Shown here piece after piece: positions 36,001 through 47,105 of a stretch of DNA of 64,000 bases. A program made the position numbers and the translations under genes. Within the stretch, counting starts at the first letter, position 1, and each line of letters begins with the position of its first letter. Source of the DNA: Callorhinchus milii (Eukaryota); the NCBI RefSeq assembly GCF_018977255.1, contig NW_024704746.1:24118001-24182000 (forward strand). Reading direction: 5' to 3'. The notes beneath the pieces are model-generated. The model saw only the letters and a list, made by a program, of their open reading frames with translations, was not told the origin of the DNA and did not search any database.

Positions 36001-39000
36001 TGCTGTGTCCCGCAGAGAGACAAGCAGACCAATAACCTCACAAATCAGTGCATTTGGGACACAGCCGTCCATTGCCAGCGTTGAGATCTCCCGGGTCACG
36101 TAAGCACCTCAGAGTAAGTACAATTCAGACCTCTCGTGACAGCCTGAAACACTATCCCTTCACCTCCAACTTTCAAAGAGCAAACGAGCATCACAGAGCT
36201 AGCCCCGTCTGATGGCTAGGTTCCCCGCTCCAGCCGCTCAGTGAGACTGCCAAACAAATGTCAATTAGAAGCACAATTACAGGCAGGTTTGACGCACGGA
36301 GGCATGGAGCTGGGTTGAGAGTGCGCATACTCCTATCACTTGAGACTGTCTCAAAGACAAAGACACCTTCATCTGATCATCCTGGCAGCAATTCAAATCC
36401 TAGTGATGAAAGGCCAATGTTCTAGCTTACTGTGCCACCCAGTCTCAATCGGTTGGCATGTTGTGTGTTTATACAGGGCAATGAAAATTCTAACTGACTT
36501 AAGTTTTCCTCTGACCTCCTGACTTACCTCAGCAACTCGTCCTGGGAACCTCTGGTCATGCCTCCCAAAATCAGCTCCTCCTGCCAATGCATGAACTTCT
36601 TTGAAAACCCTTGACAGCCTCCAGTTAACTCAGCGGGAATATCAGGAGCCTATAAATGAAACAAAACTCACTCTGAGTACTCGCAGTATAAATATTAGAT
36701 GCTCTACTCGTTTTTGTTTACATTCGAGTAGTAGTTCCTAATCTTGTGTCGGCCTCTTGGGGAAACACTGGCTCTGCTCAGGAATGTAAATAGATACCGT
36801 GAACTTTTTCCCACCTATCAGTTTCCCTTCTGTGGTTTTCACCCCGTTTCCAAAATGTATACTATCGTGAGCTTGGCCAACAAATGCTTCTCCAGACTTT
36901 ATTGCACATCTTTGCTGGAATATGAGGTTTGCAGACAGACTCTACACCTGGCATTCTGTGGGCAGATTTCATCTCTGCACATGTGATCTGACACGATCTC
37001 TCTCTCTCCCCACCCACCCTCCTCTTCCCACCCCCATCTCCAATCCGACCAACATCTTGATGTTTGTTCGTCAGTCGTGGCACTGAGCAATTCTGTACGA
37101 GTTCAGTTGTCACCTGATGGAGGTTTTGAACTGGAATCTCATGCTCTCTCTCTCTCTACGGAATGATACTCTGTGCCAACTATTCTCCTATTCGACTGGC
37201 AGGGAAGACATGTTACCCAAGAGATTTGGCACACAGATAGAAGGCACAGGGCATCAGTCAAAGCCTTCTGTAACAATGCGGTTGGACTCACTGTAAGAAA
37301 GATCCTCAGGGCGGGTAGCTTTCAGAGTTGGAATACTAAGCCGCCTACACACACAGGTTGGTATAATTACACAGCGGTGTGACCACAAGGATCAAGACCA
37401 CATGACGGACTTCCTTTCCACTTTGGGGAGATTTGAGCACAATGCCTTCTCATATTCTGCACTGTGGATCTCCAGAGACATGAGGTAGATCATGCTTTTG
37501 GGAATTGCAGTGAAGCAGGTAGGAAAGGCTCTCCAAACCTGTGCCACATTACAACCAAAAGTGTTCTCCATTTATAGCAGCGTTTTACCCACACTTGGAT
37601 AAGGACACAGTGGATCGGTCCCACATTCCTATCTTTGTCTTGTTAATACTTGTCCTTTCTTCCCAATTCTTGGGGCATTCTCCAACTTCTCTGAACCAGA
37701 TGCCTTAGTTTTAATGAAATCCCTTTTGACTGCAAAGGATCAGTCAACCCAGTTTCCAAAGGGCATCGCTCTATTTATTGCCCTGAAAGCCATTTGCTGA
37801 ATGCAGACGTCCATCACTCTGGGGAATGGGAATCGACCTGAGCAAAGGACAGTGACATCATACACAGCTTGACCTGAGTGCTCCTGTTTCCTGGACCTCT
37901 CTCTCTTTCTCTCTCCCTCCCCCCCCCCCCCCTCCCCACCCCTCCATACCCATCTCACACCTCATGCTTCCTTAGGACCAACTCAGCAAAAGGTTTAAAC
38001 CAGTAGATGAACAGCCCAGAGTTTCAGAGACATCCTGTGGGCTGTGGACACATGCCCACTGATAACTAAGTTGAGGTTGTATCCAAATTCTTTTACATGA
38101 GACCTATAACTCCATCTGTGTTAATCCCATTCAAATCCAAGTGCCAGAGGTGAATTGGCAACATTCAAAAAAATTACAATCCATCGTCCCAGCATAACAA
38201 CAATAAATTACATTTGTAATAGCGCCTTTCACGTCGAGAGGACGTCCCAAGGTGCTGGACAATCAGGGATTTGGCGGGCTGGGGGTTGGGATCAGGGGTG
38301 GTGGAGGGCGGGGAGGGAGGGTGGGGGTAGGTGGGTGACCAAATGTGCCAATGTTCATGAAATAATACCAAAACTATAGGGATTACATATTTAAAGAAAA
38401 CACACTGGCTCTGACTGTCAGACCCTATGTAGAGAGGCTTACTTAATATTACTTAATATTATTACCTCTAGAGTTCCTTTGTTTGGTGCTGTTCCAGGGC
38501 ACTCGGGATCACTGGGCTGTAAGCAGGGTCTGTCCATGTAAGCATGTCCTACTTGAGCCTTATCTAGCATCTCGCGGAAACCCTCCAAAGGTGTAAACTG
38601 CCCCAGTTCATCGAGAAGTTGGACTGGATCAAGATTTGTCCACTGAATGTCTGGCTTTCCTCTGTCGAGAGAGAGAAAAAAGAAAGGAATCCATCAATGA
38701 CTAAATTTGTCATGTTTGCCACAGTTTGGAAAAACCACACCAATGGATGTAGCTGCAGGCTACTGGTCTTGGAACAGTTTGCAAACAGAGTGAGTAGTTA
38801 ATTCTACAATGGTGTGACATCTAACGCACAGGTACACAAGGCTTAAAATGGCCTAGGCCTCTGCACGTTCAACCAGAGGGTCATGAGTTTGAAAGATAGG
38901 CTTGACTGACATTCAAACCCCCCCGATCGAGCACAGTTCAGTGGTTCTCAAGTGAGCCACAAGATGGAGTGCTGCACAGAGCTTCCGAAACGGACGGAAC

Positions 39001-42000
39001 AGGAAAAAATATATATAATTGGATCAATTATGTTTTTAAAAGACAGCGTTAAGTAAAAAAAACCAGCAAAGCTACAAGGATACCATTCACCAGAATACCA
39101 CGTGTTTTCAGATGTTGATGTATCATGTGATACGGAATATGAATATATCTATAGTGCACGCTGGAGATCTGTGAAAGTGGTAAAGCGGTGAAAGGTATCT
39201 AACAAATATCATTTGTACAGTTGTACTGTCTAATGGCTCTCTACACACCACAGGGATTTCAGATAGAAGCTGTGACTGTAAATATATTTACAACAATAGT
39301 GTCTGGTTATGTAACCCACTGGAGAAACTGTGCCATAGATCCATTTGTACCTATTCTCTTCAGTGCCTGGCCTGGCCTGCTGATGTCAGCCACCATGTAC
39401 CATCCTATCCACCGCTGTTCAACCATAGGTTTTGGCTGCTGTTCACTATGATCCACAGCAAAGCCAGGGTCCGTGGTGATATGGTGCAAGCTCATCTCAG
39501 TCACAGCTTCTACACCACATCGCTGCTGCTTCTGAGCTGCCAATCCTGTGTGTGTGCCTGGCTCCCCCTATACCTCCCGCCATTTCCGAGACAGCAAAAG
39601 GTGACAGCACCTTTCTCTCAGTCACGAAAAACATCTACTCTTCACTGCTCGTTCACATATCTCACCTTCTACCTACAACTCAGTCACCGGGCTCTGATCA
39701 CTAATCCCACGTCTGATTTGATATCAAATCCTCACTTGTCCAGAACACTTCCCAAGCTCCTGAAGTTAGCACGAGTTCCGCCTTTAGTGGATCTGAACAG
39801 TTCAATTGGGATATCTTTTCCCTAATGATTTTTTTTAATACCAGTTTTGCCGCGTTTCAGTTCCTCCACTTCTTTTCCACACATTTCCAGCATTATTTGC
39901 GTAGAGGAAGACTTTGGAGAATAAGTCCCTATCAATGAGAAGTGCTGAAACCCAACCTGTGATTGTGGTCTGGAACAGAATCTCCAAAGATCCCTCATCA
40001 TCTCCCCTCGTCTACTGACAGCTGATATCGCAAAGACGGAGAAATCCGGGTAAACGTGGAATTCATTTTAAAATGTAACGTATTAAAAATAAGAAAATGA
40101 AAACAAATAAGAGGTGGTCTGTGGGTAAGTACTTCCTATTGATGGCACTTAACCATAGAGTTACCTTCCCTTTAAGCTTATATCATTGCCAGATGCCGAG
40201 TAAAAGACCATGTATTATCCCATTATGCAGGAACAAAGTGAAGGAAAGCTTGATCAGACCGCAGTGCCCACTCGCATTTCTTAACTTTGTTCAGTGAGAC
40301 ATGACAATTATACTGGAGCTCGCAAATGTCTTGATATTACTGGCGTGTGGTTTGCCCAGCCTGCCCGGGTCATCTTAAATTCCTGCAGAGAGAGAGAGAC
40401 AGAGAGAGATAGAGAGGGAGAGAGACAGAGAGGGAGAGACTCTCTTCCTCTTCTGACATATTGTTAAGGCAGTTAATGAGATATGCTGTCAGCCTAATAA
40501 AAACTAACCTGAAAGAGAGTAGGGAAAGGGTTTCATGGAACCTTTCACAACATGCCCTACCTGACTGTATTCTCTCTAAGCTTTAAGCGCTCCGGGATGC
40601 TAATATAAATGCAAGTTGTTGTTGCCGTAGGCTTTAAATTCAAGGAGAGAAGGTGAATGATGCAGCAGAATTCGTCACTTTGTTAACATCGTTCATTGCA
40701 TCTAAACTGCGTCAAAGGTTTCAAAATCAGAGGGAAAAAAAGATCAACTTCGAATATAGAAATTCCCAGATGTGAAAGGCTGTGAAACTATTGTGGCCCT
40801 AACAGAAATCACCATTCATTAGTATAAAATTGCCAGTATCTGGGCTCGAAGAAGGTGGAACTTTAAAACCCTGCATTTTTTTTTATTTCCTCCATTTATC
40901 GTTTCATTAAGGATAAACAAAAAGATAGCCTCTAAGATAATTAATCGACTTGGGAGTTTGGAATATTTCACTCTGTTGGAATGAGTTGGCTTTTTTCAAA
41001 AATAAAAAAAGGTTAGATAAAGATCCCGTGAACAGAACACTCCCCACCTACACTTATCCGGGCTATGTGTCAGTCCCAATCAAATTAATTTTTCCTTAAA
41101 GGTCTTTCCTCTAAATAATCAGATTACGTCCCACAAACAGAGGCCTACGGTCTCCAGCGCTGACTGCCACTCTGATTGTGTCTCTCCCCCACCCCCATTG
41201 TGCTCGTTCCTCCTCCCACTCTCCATGTAACAGCTCTCTTCTCAGCCACATTAAATCATTAATCTCTTCATCTGTAAAATATCCTTTTGTATGGTTTTCT
41301 CCCACCGCCACAAAGGGAGTGGGGTTTTTTTTCTCTCTCTTTCTTTCTTCTCATTTCAGTGCATTTGAATACCCGCTGCTGCCAACTCATCACCAATTCT
41401 GGCTAAGAGCAGAATATCGGACTCAGGAAAGTGGGATGGAAGAGATGAAACTCACACCCTCCTCCCTCCCCAGACTGCTCCTTCTTTCCCTTTTGATCCG
41501 ACCCTAATAAAGTTCTTCAGAACTTGTCAAGTCTCCCTTTATTTAGTTTTTTCACTTGGTGGGGGGCGGTGGTGGGGGGGTGGTGTTAGGAATGGGGTCA
41601 TTTAATTGTCACATTTAATTCAAGCTTTACTACAAAATTCAAGTGCAATGGGGAATAATTGTACAGGAATGGCTTTCCCTGTCGAGCAAGTGAAAATACT
41701 GCAGAGAATATAAGACACCGGATGTCAGTTTGATTAACTGCAGTAAAATGGATACCTGAGCCACAGTGACCAAGTAGAGAAGGGCACTGACATCACAGAG
41801 TGTCAGACCTCGGCTTGTTATGTGACCCATAAGATCAGATAACAGCCATGACGTTACTCTCCAGCGTCTGCTGTCATTCATAATATGCGTTCCCTGTGTG
41901 TGTGTGTGTGTCGTGTATGTGTGTGTGTATATGCGCGTGTGTGTGTGGAGTGTGTGGAGTGTGTGCATGCACACACCTTGCTTATGTGAATAAGAAATGG

Positions 42001-42887
42001 TCATGAGCAGGTGTGTACGATTTCACTTTGGATCACCATTTAGTGGTGACTGTGGCAGTTGTTACAGACACAGTCAGTCAGTCCGGGCACCTACATCCCG
42101 GCTGTGCAGTGAAATTCGAGGGAGAAAAACTGAAATTGACATTTGCCGGACACGAGAGAAGGCGACAACTTGTAACATAATCACCACCAGAGGTTTATTA
42201 ACATGAAATCTGCAGCTGGTGACTGTGAAACGCTATTTGTTCTGAGCAAATCATTATAAAGGTTTCAGCTGTAGCCCCACATGCCCACAGCTGGTAAATC
42301 CATGCAGAATATCTCAATGATAATTTCCCCAACAACACTGACGCTTCTGAGCTTCATCGCACCAGTGCCTTGAGCCAATGCCAAAAAGTGACCATCCACA
42401 ATGCAATAACAGGGTTGGTCATTCCTCGATACTGGCACTCACTCATTTTTATTATCCTGCTTTATTTTGAAGGCCCCCCACCGCCCTTTAATTTTTCGCG
42501 GGTAAACAAAAAGCGAGTGTATGAATGTGATATTTTCAGGGGGAGCAAGCAAGAGAGAGAGCGCGAGAGAGAGCGCGCGGGGGAGAGAAAGAGCGAGATG
42601 CAGGAAAATGTGTACAGGGCAACTTGAATAATAGAATAGAAGGGGAGCGAGAGAGAGAGAGAGAGAGAGAGAGAAAAAAAGTCCCAACTCTGGCAGAATG
42701 ACACTCCAATAATTCATGAGTTGGGCATTGCATGAAGCAAGCTCTTTCTGATTCCCACATACCAGCAAACCCTTCTACTGCAACCAAAGAGAGGCTCCTT
42801 TATCTCCTATTTCTTGCTTGAGTGAGTCTGCTCAAACCCTTTTGTTTTTCCACTTTGGAGAATAGATTGCCATTCTTTGTTCTCCCT

Positions 42888-42918
<31 letters not shown>

Positions 42919-45560
42919 TCGTTCTCGCACTGGCTGAACTGAAGCGGAAGCTGACGGCGTACAGGCTCACCCTCAGCAGCGATGGGAAGGGAAGAGAATG
43001 AGGGGGGGGGCGGGGGGGCGAGAGAGAGAGAGAACTTCTGCACTATGTGGAGGGAATACCCACACACACACCCAGACACACACCCAGACAGATGCACAGA
43101 CACCCTCTCACACGCTCACTCACACATTCAATCACGTTCGCACACAAAATAAGACCTGAAAATGTCACACACACCCCAAAATCCTATTTTTTTAAAAATC
43201 CCCCCAAAATACTTATTTTAAGAATTACCCTGTGTCGTGTTTAAATTGAATGACTTAGTGACCAGCAACACTGTGCAGAATAAAGTCCCAGTCTCCCCAC
43301 CACTGCCAACCCCCCCTTCACAAAAAAAAAGCTGTGAAAATAGTTTGAAGAAGGGAACGCTGTGAGTGAGTGAGTGAGTGAGTGAGTGGGTTTTAAACGA
43401 GAAGAGGGTCGTTTCTTCTCAAGGGCATTTTTTTTTATTTTATAAAATAGGGCCCGTGGCATGAATGATGTGTACATTTTATTTGTTGGGCAACTTGCGG
43501 CAATAAGGGCTCGGATTAACATGAGAATAACTTCAGTTACCGTCTGTTGACAAAGCATTCCCATGGGTCTCGGCACTGCCTGACAAGCAACCACATCGCA
43601 GAGAAAGAATGCGAGCCATTGTTCACCCTCTCACCACTTTAGTTCAGACCCCCAAAAACTTGGGAGAAACGTCCACTCGGTAACTTTTTTTTTTAAAAAA
43701 AAAGTAGCAATCCTTTAAACCTCCCAGAAACATAATAATTAGAGGCTGTGGTACTTACGGTAGGTAAGCAGAACCGCCTTGAAGCTTGGCACCATCCCAG
43801 AAACAGTCCAGGGGAGTTAGAATAACACAAGGAAAGAGCTTCTCAATCATCTACAGGGAAGGAAAAGGCAAGTGAATAAACATCACTATATTTGACGATA
43901 AAACATGGTGATATAAGCAGCAAAATTCATACGAAGTGGTCTCTTTTTAAATCAATGTTGAAATCAATGTTAAAGGATATCTCTGCTGCTGCTGTTGTTG
44001 TTGTGTGTGGGGGGTGAGGGAGGGAGGGAGGGGTCGGGGGAGAGACACAATAGCCCAATTTAATTGTACATTCACAATTGCACAAAACAGAATTGAAAGA
44101 TGATAGTAGGGGGTCACTGTCCATCTACTACTTGTCCTCACAGTCAGGAGATTCTGTCCTTTATTTCCAGCTTTGGAAATGAAGGGATACTAAGCCAACA
44201 TACTGCATCATTTAATTACCGATTAGAGACAGCAACTTAAAGTGCTTGGTCAGAAAAAAAGGGGCAACACACACTCTCTTTTGCTGTCAGTATATTTTAG
44301 GTTTGATTTGAATTTGACCAGAAATGGTATGGATGAATTTCGTGGTCCGTCACAAAGTACCACAGTAATCTGTCAGAATTGAGAGCTTAGTGGTTTAACT
44401 CCTGAAAAGATGCTGTAACATGTTTATTTCTCACTTATAACTCGAGAGCATGTTGAAGCTCCTTCACAAACTACAATGCCCATTGTGGTCAGTGTAAACT
44501 GATGCCTAATAATTTGTGGTTTGGTGTGTGTGTGTGTGTGTGTGTGTGTGTGGCGGGGGGTGGGGGAGGAAGCGAGGAGATAATTAATGACTGTGTGTGC
44601 CAAACATGCTCCTCTGATAGTGCATACACAGAGCATGTTGGCACAGGCCAGGCTGAACCCTACAACCATTAGACAGACATAAATCAGTGCAGCCTGTCAT
44701 CAGCCTTCTGCCTCTTGATCTCCATCATACCAGCCGGCTTTGAAAGTCTGACAGCAACATGCGAGTTCCATTGTACGTAATACCACAGTGTCATATCACA
44801 CTAGCAACTCCACATGGGAGCAGTCTTAAAATGTCTGCATTCTCCTCTTTCTCTCTATCGTGCTCTCTCTCATTCCCCCCCACCACCACCACCGCTGCCA
44901 CCACCACCCACCACCATATCGTATTAACCCTTTTGGCCAATAAAGATGAACGAATAATAGACAGTACAATATTGCCAATACTCACTCGCTCGATCATTCC
45001 ACTCTCAATGATAGGTACTCCAGATTTGTAGCAGATTTTGTTTAAATCCCAGGACCTGAAAGTAAGGTCGAAAGTAAGGCATTGAGGACGTAAAACAAAA
45101 TGTAGACCTAACCCGGCAGTGCTAATCGTGAATTGTGTCCGCATGCACACCTGTGTGAACCCTTTACCAGAATGACTTACAAAATAGATAATCAAATACC
45201 TTAAAAATGGAAAATAACCCCCTTCTCCCCCACCAACAAAAAACAGGGGCAACGTGAGGGGAATAACATTGACAAGCCACAGTACAGTAATAACTTAGTT
45301 GGCTGAACGGAGGGGAATAAAGAATCCGGAGGTTCAACACAACGTCATTACACAAAAGCAATTCGCTTACTTTCCATACAACGAGACTTGGACTTTGCTG
45401 GCTGCTAAAGCAGCGTCCAGATGCTGGATCAAAGCTTCCTCAGTCAGAATGTTTTCTCCTTCTCTCTTTGAGGTCTGTATTAGCATCTGCGTGGTGAAGA
45501 TGGTCTCCTCACCCAGTTTGTCTCGTGTGTACATCAACTCTCGACTCACTCTGCTCCCAA
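4882..45560 (-). CDS. ptch2: Patched homolog 2 (Hedgehog receptor, 12-TM RND/sterol-sensing-domain protein); 5'-partial spliced CDS, exons 3-23
   Basis: 21 exons with GT-AG borders whose sizes and phases match PTCH gene structure (190,70,92,196,122,148,132,156,99,126,119,406,312*,143,181,281,138,143,100,270,546 bp). PTCH2-type peptides [41 protein letters not shown] and [15 protein letters not shown]4 GIGVDD and TM10 GIGVEF motifs are intact. Confidence 0.96.
5623..5735 (+). mobile_element. SINE 3' fragment
   Basis: CACTTTACAGT...GTGAAGCGCTT...CAAGGATTATTATT. Confidence 0.8.
5971..6240 (-). CDS. ptch2: ptch2 exon 22 ([17 protein letters not shown]...[16 protein letters not shown]...NPSFPRVT)
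   Basis: TGTAG acceptor, GTAAGT donor, 270 bp; PTCH C-tail motifs RLPTPSPEP and SDSEY.S.TTVSG. Confidence 0.93.
7303..7402 (-). CDS. ptch2: ptch2 exon 21 ([33 protein letters not shown]), TM12
   Basis: CACAG acceptor, GTAAGC donor, 100 bp. Confidence 0.96.
8188..8290. repeat. Compound (GT)n/(GAGT)n microsatellite
   Basis: Read directly; similar dinucleotide tracts at 7588-7637, 23962-24010, 40388-40440, 42649-42674, 42893-42920 and 44524-44551. Confidence 0.95.
8635..8750 (-). mobile_element. Degraded SINE 3' fragment
   Basis: Similar to the SINE tail consensus seen in other copies. Confidence 0.6.
9165..9308 (+). mobile_element. CR1-type LINE 3' end (shark HER1/HE1-like tail)
   Basis: GGCTCGAGGGGCTGAATGGC...GTTCCTATGTTTCTATG; second copy at 26135-26285. 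Confidence 0.75.
9606..9731. mobile_element. Small MITE with ~32-bp imperfect terminal inverted repeats
   Basis: GGGGTCTATTATATTAGTTGCATAAACCATGT ... ACATGGTTTACACAACTCGCATAACAGACCCC. Confidence 0.65.
10350..10598 (+). mobile_element. L2 LINE 3' fragment (end of ORF2 plus 3' tail)
   Basis: Encodes [17 protein letters not shown]...[10 protein letters not shown], typical of the L2 ORF2 C-terminus; tail GCACTATATACATCCAAGTTG. Confidence 0.85.
10685..10830 (-). mobile_element. Old interspersed repeat (CR1-like 3' end), second copy at 50283-50400
   Basis: Shared CCATCYAGTYCGYCTTCCACC.TCCTGGCA.TCGCTTGACAYGTCATGT.CCAAACTAT ... GATATT(T)ATTTTCTAG. Confidence 0.6.
13033..13175 (-). CDS. ptch2: ptch2 exon 20 ([48 protein letters not shown])
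   Basis: TCTAG acceptor, GTAGGT donor, 143 bp. Confidence 0.95.
13648..13785 (-). CDS. ptch2: ptch2 exon 19 ([26 protein letters not shown]...[12 protein letters not shown])
   Basis: TCCAG acceptor, GTAAGT donor, 138 bp. Confidence 0.96.
13862..14220 (+). mobile_element. SINE 3' fragment interrupted by an L2 3' fragment (~13975-14190)
   Basis: SINE tail stops at ~13942 and resumes as TATATTAAACGCAAGGATTATTATT at 14192; the insert ends GCACTATATAAGTGCAAGTTGTTG. Confidence 0.75.
15481..15565. repeat. Tandem repeat, 5 x 17 bp (TTGAACCCACCCAATCC)
   Basis: Four identical units plus one TGG variant, read directly. Confidence 0.95.
15950..16080 (+). mobile_element. Degraded SINE 3' fragment
   Basis: CTGCTGTGTGCAATCGGCTG...CACTTTACAGTATATTCTGTGAA...AAATGCAAGG. 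Confidence 0.75.
16813..17025. other. Assembly gap (213 N) in intron 18
   Basis: Run of N; exon phases on both sides are compatible, so no coding exon needs to be hidden. Confidence 0.99.
17716..17996 (-). CDS. ptch2: ptch2 exon 18 ([16 protein letters not shown]...[16 protein letters not shown]...NPWTAGII)
   Basis: CACAG acceptor, GTAAGT donor, 281 bp. Confidence 0.96.
18979..19159 (-). CDS. ptch2: ptch2 exon 17 ([33 protein letters not shown]...TTGENLR)
   Basis: CGTAG acceptor, GTAGGT donor, 181 bp. Confidence 0.94.
19640..19782 (-). CDS. ptch2: ptch2 exon 16 ([38 protein letters not shown]...YNQ)
   Basis: TCCAG acceptor, GTTAGT donor, 143 bp. Confidence 0.95.
24278..24286 (+). promoter_or_regulatory. 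Perfect GLI consensus GACCACCCA (intron 15)
   Basis: Exact 9/9 match; patched genes are established GLI targets; function here is inferred. Confidence 0.4.
25665..25976 (-). CDS. ptch2: ptch2 exon 15 ([14 protein letters not shown] / [20 protein letters not shown]...DWLK) with apparent 1-bp deletion
   Basis: TCCAG acceptor, GTAAGA donor. The exon is 312 bp but the phases require 313. The conserved peptide is split across two frames at TTGAGCTTTACGGA (~25931-25940). Confidence 0.93.
26135..26285 (+). mobile_element. CR1-type LINE 3' end
   Basis: GGAGTTGAG...GATCAGCC.TGATCTTA...ACAGGCTCAAGGGGCTGAATG...TTCTATG; aligns with 9165-9308. Confidence 0.75.
26536..26941 (-). CDS. ptch2: ptch2 exon 14 (cytoplasmic middle loop ...[16 protein letters not shown])
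   Basis: CACAG acceptor, GTAAGT donor, 406 bp, phase consistent with neighbours. Confidence 0.94.
27012..27302 (-). mobile_element. tRNA-derived SINE with internal deletion, filling most of intron 13
   Basis: Head GTGGAGTCCTGTAGCTCAGTGGTTAGAGCACTCGCC starts at 27302; (TTA)n tail at ~27012. Confidence 0.9.
27323..27441 (-). CDS. ptch2: ptch2 exon 13 ([39 protein letters not shown])
   Basis: CTCAG acceptor, GTAAGG donor, 119 bp. Confidence 0.95.
28212..28220 (+). promoter_or_regulatory. Perfect GLI consensus GACCACCCA in a CpG-rich intron-12 block
   Basis: Exact match in non-repetitive, CpG-rich context. Confidence 0.5.
28865..29048 (+). mobile_element. L2 LINE 3' fragment
   Basis: Encodes [28 protein letters not shown]; tail GCGCTGTGTAAATGCAAGTTGTTG. 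Confidence 0.85.
30045..30170 (-). CDS. ptch2: ptch2 exon 12 ([18 protein letters not shown]...[11 protein letters not shown])
   Basis: CTCAG acceptor, GTAGGT donor, 126 bp. Confidence 0.95.
30570..30668 (-). CDS. ptch2: ptch2 exon 11 ([21 protein letters not shown]...IPFK)
   Basis: TCTAG acceptor, GTAAGG donor, 99 bp; GxxxDD motif. Confidence 0.96.
30700..31050 (-). mobile_element. Full-length tRNA-derived SINE in intron 10
   Basis: Head GTGGAGTTCTGTAG...B-box GGTTCGATTCC, core and (TTA)n tail. Confidence 0.9.
31207..31362 (-). CDS. ptch2: ptch2 exon 10 ([21 protein letters not shown]...FNAATTQ), sterol-sensing domain
   Basis: GTCAG acceptor, GTAATA donor, 156 bp. Confidence 0.96.
31588..31765 (-). 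mobile_element. 5'-truncated SINE (intron 9)
   Basis: Core and tail match the SINE consensus. Confidence 0.88.
31865..31920 (+). mobile_element. SINE tail fragment, inverted relative to 31588-31650
   Basis: TTTGAGACGTCTTGAAGACATGATAAGGCGCTATATCAAATGCAAGTATTATT. Confidence 0.85.
31942..32073 (-). CDS. ptch2: ptch2 exon 9 ([44 protein letters not shown])
   Basis: TGTAG acceptor, GTGAGT donor, 132 bp. Confidence 0.95.
33262..33409 (-). CDS. ptch2: ptch2 exon 8 ([20 protein letters not shown]...WQRKFVE)
   Basis: CTCAG acceptor, GTAGAA donor, 148 bp. Confidence 0.95.
33420..33500. repeat. GA/CT microsatellite forming the exon 8 polypyrimidine tract
   Basis: About 80 nt of nearly pure pyrimidines on the minus strand, ending ~10 nt before the acceptor. 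Confidence 0.9.
34772..34950 (-). mobile_element. 5'-truncated SINE
   Basis: Core and tail match the SINE consensus. Confidence 0.88.
36528..36649 (-). CDS. ptch2: ptch2 exon 7 ([30 protein letters not shown]...)
   Basis: TATAG acceptor, GTAAGT donor, 122 bp. Confidence 0.95.
38466..38661 (-). CDS. ptch2: ptch2 exon 6 ([22 protein letters not shown]...[12 protein letters not shown])
   Basis: GACAG acceptor, GTAATA donor, 196 bp. Confidence 0.95.
43759..43850 (-). CDS. ptch2: ptch2 exon 5 ([31 protein letters not shown])
   Basis: CTGTAG acceptor, GTAAGT donor, 92 bp; translated by hand, absent from ORF track. Confidence 0.96.
44986..45055 (-). CDS. ptch2: ptch2 exon 4 ([23 protein letters not shown])
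   Basis: TTCAG acceptor, GTGAGT donor, 70 bp. Confidence 0.96.
45371..45560 (-). CDS. ptch2: ptch2 exon 3 ([19 protein letters not shown]...VQVSLYGK)
   Basis: CTGCAG acceptor, GTAAGC donor, 190 bp. Confidence 0.96.
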
Positions 45561-46637
45561 CTGCAGGCAAACAGAGAGGGAGAAGCACATTAGAGGCACT
45601 GATCGAAAAAAAATAACCCAAATGACTGCCATGAGAAATCTCGGTTTGGACCTTTTTTTCCCCAAAAAGCTGTCAATTCACTTGAGCACCAACCATCGTA
45701 AACCAGAAGCAGCAGCAAGTGAGGGATGGGCGAGTGTAGTTGGTTAAATCCCATCCTTTAATCTGTGTGACCTGGGAACCAGTCTAGACTCCTGGGATAA
45801 AAGTCTCATCCATGAGGTCTGTTAACAGTCCTAAATACATCTAAGACAAGTGTTGTTCCACTTACTCGTGGACATCAGTGTTCGAGTGCTTTGGGCACTG
45901 GAACCAATAAAGAAACTGCTCGTCACTGAGAAAAGCTGGTATTGAGGAAGGACGAGATCAAATGGATTGAAGGAGCTTCTACATCTCAACTGCTGATGAG
46001 CTTCAGATCAAATGGTATTGAGAGCGGGTGAATGGGAAGAGCAGAGGGGAACAGTGTGAAATAGAAATATCACATAAGTATAACAGGAGGCTGTAGGTAT
46101 GAGACAAAAAATAAACACACACACCTAAAAAAAACAAAGCATTGTGCCTTTATAATACTAACAACATCAGACTTCCCTACTTTTCCTGTACAAACCCCAC
46201 CATTGGGGAACCATAGTCTCTGAGGTCCGGGGAACACAGAACATTTCCTGGTTTATGTGTTATATGCCTCTCACTTTCATTCCCTGATAACTCCCTCCCC
46301 CTCCCCATTCCTCCCTCCCTACAGCACCGGCTTCATTTCCTACACGCTTTCTCATCTGCTGTTGGCGCCCAAACTGAAGGGCTGGCCGACTTCCAGAGTG
46401 AGCGAGGTAGACCAACATCACAGAGCAAGACCACAAACAGGGAGCCGTACACGGCATTATTATTAATATCCTGACATGTCGAGGTTCTTCATCCCATTGG
46501 GCTGCTAACCCCCACCCACCCCACCGGCCCTGCTGATTGGCATTTAATACTCAGCGCTACTGGGTTTAGCGAAAAGCCCAGTCAATGAATATACACGTCA
46601 CAGTGTAAACACAAGCCTCCATTTACACAGCAGTACT

Positions 46638-47105
46638 TATAATAATAATCCTTGCATTTGATACAGCGCCTTATCACGTCTTCGAAACGTCTCAAAGCGC
46701 TTCACAGGGTATACTGTACAGTGAATTGACTGTATATTTTGTGGGTGAAACACGGCAGCCAATTGCGCGCAGCAGCGTCCCACAAACAGTCGTGGATAGA
46801 AGTGACCAAATTATTATTGTGTTTTTTTCTTGAGGGATTATTATCAGGCGTGTGGAGTAAGGAAACTTGCGCAAGGTTTTGCCCTGTCGGGTTTGAACCC
46901 AGGTCTCTCGCTTGTGAAGCAAGTGCTCTAAGCACTGAGCTACAGGACTCGACAAGTACTTGGTGCTTTACGGAGATATAATAATAATCCTTGCATTTGA
47001 TACAGGGCCTCATCGCATCGTCGAGACGTCTCAAAGCGCTTCACAGAATATACTGTAAAGTGTAGTGACTGTGTATATTGTGGGCGAAACACAGCACCAA
47101 TTGCA
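46638..47105 (-). mobile_element. Full SINE (46638-46950) next to a second SINE 3' fragment (46980-47105)
   Basis: Two (TTA)n tails; head GAGTCCTGTAGCTCAGTG at ~46950. Confidence 0.9.

Noticed and set aside
4882-45560. Calling the gene ptch1 or a pseudogene
   Set aside because: Extracellular-loop peptides and the 196-bp exon 6 match PTCH2. There is only one lesion, with all splice sites and key motifs intact, which argues against a decayed pseudogene.
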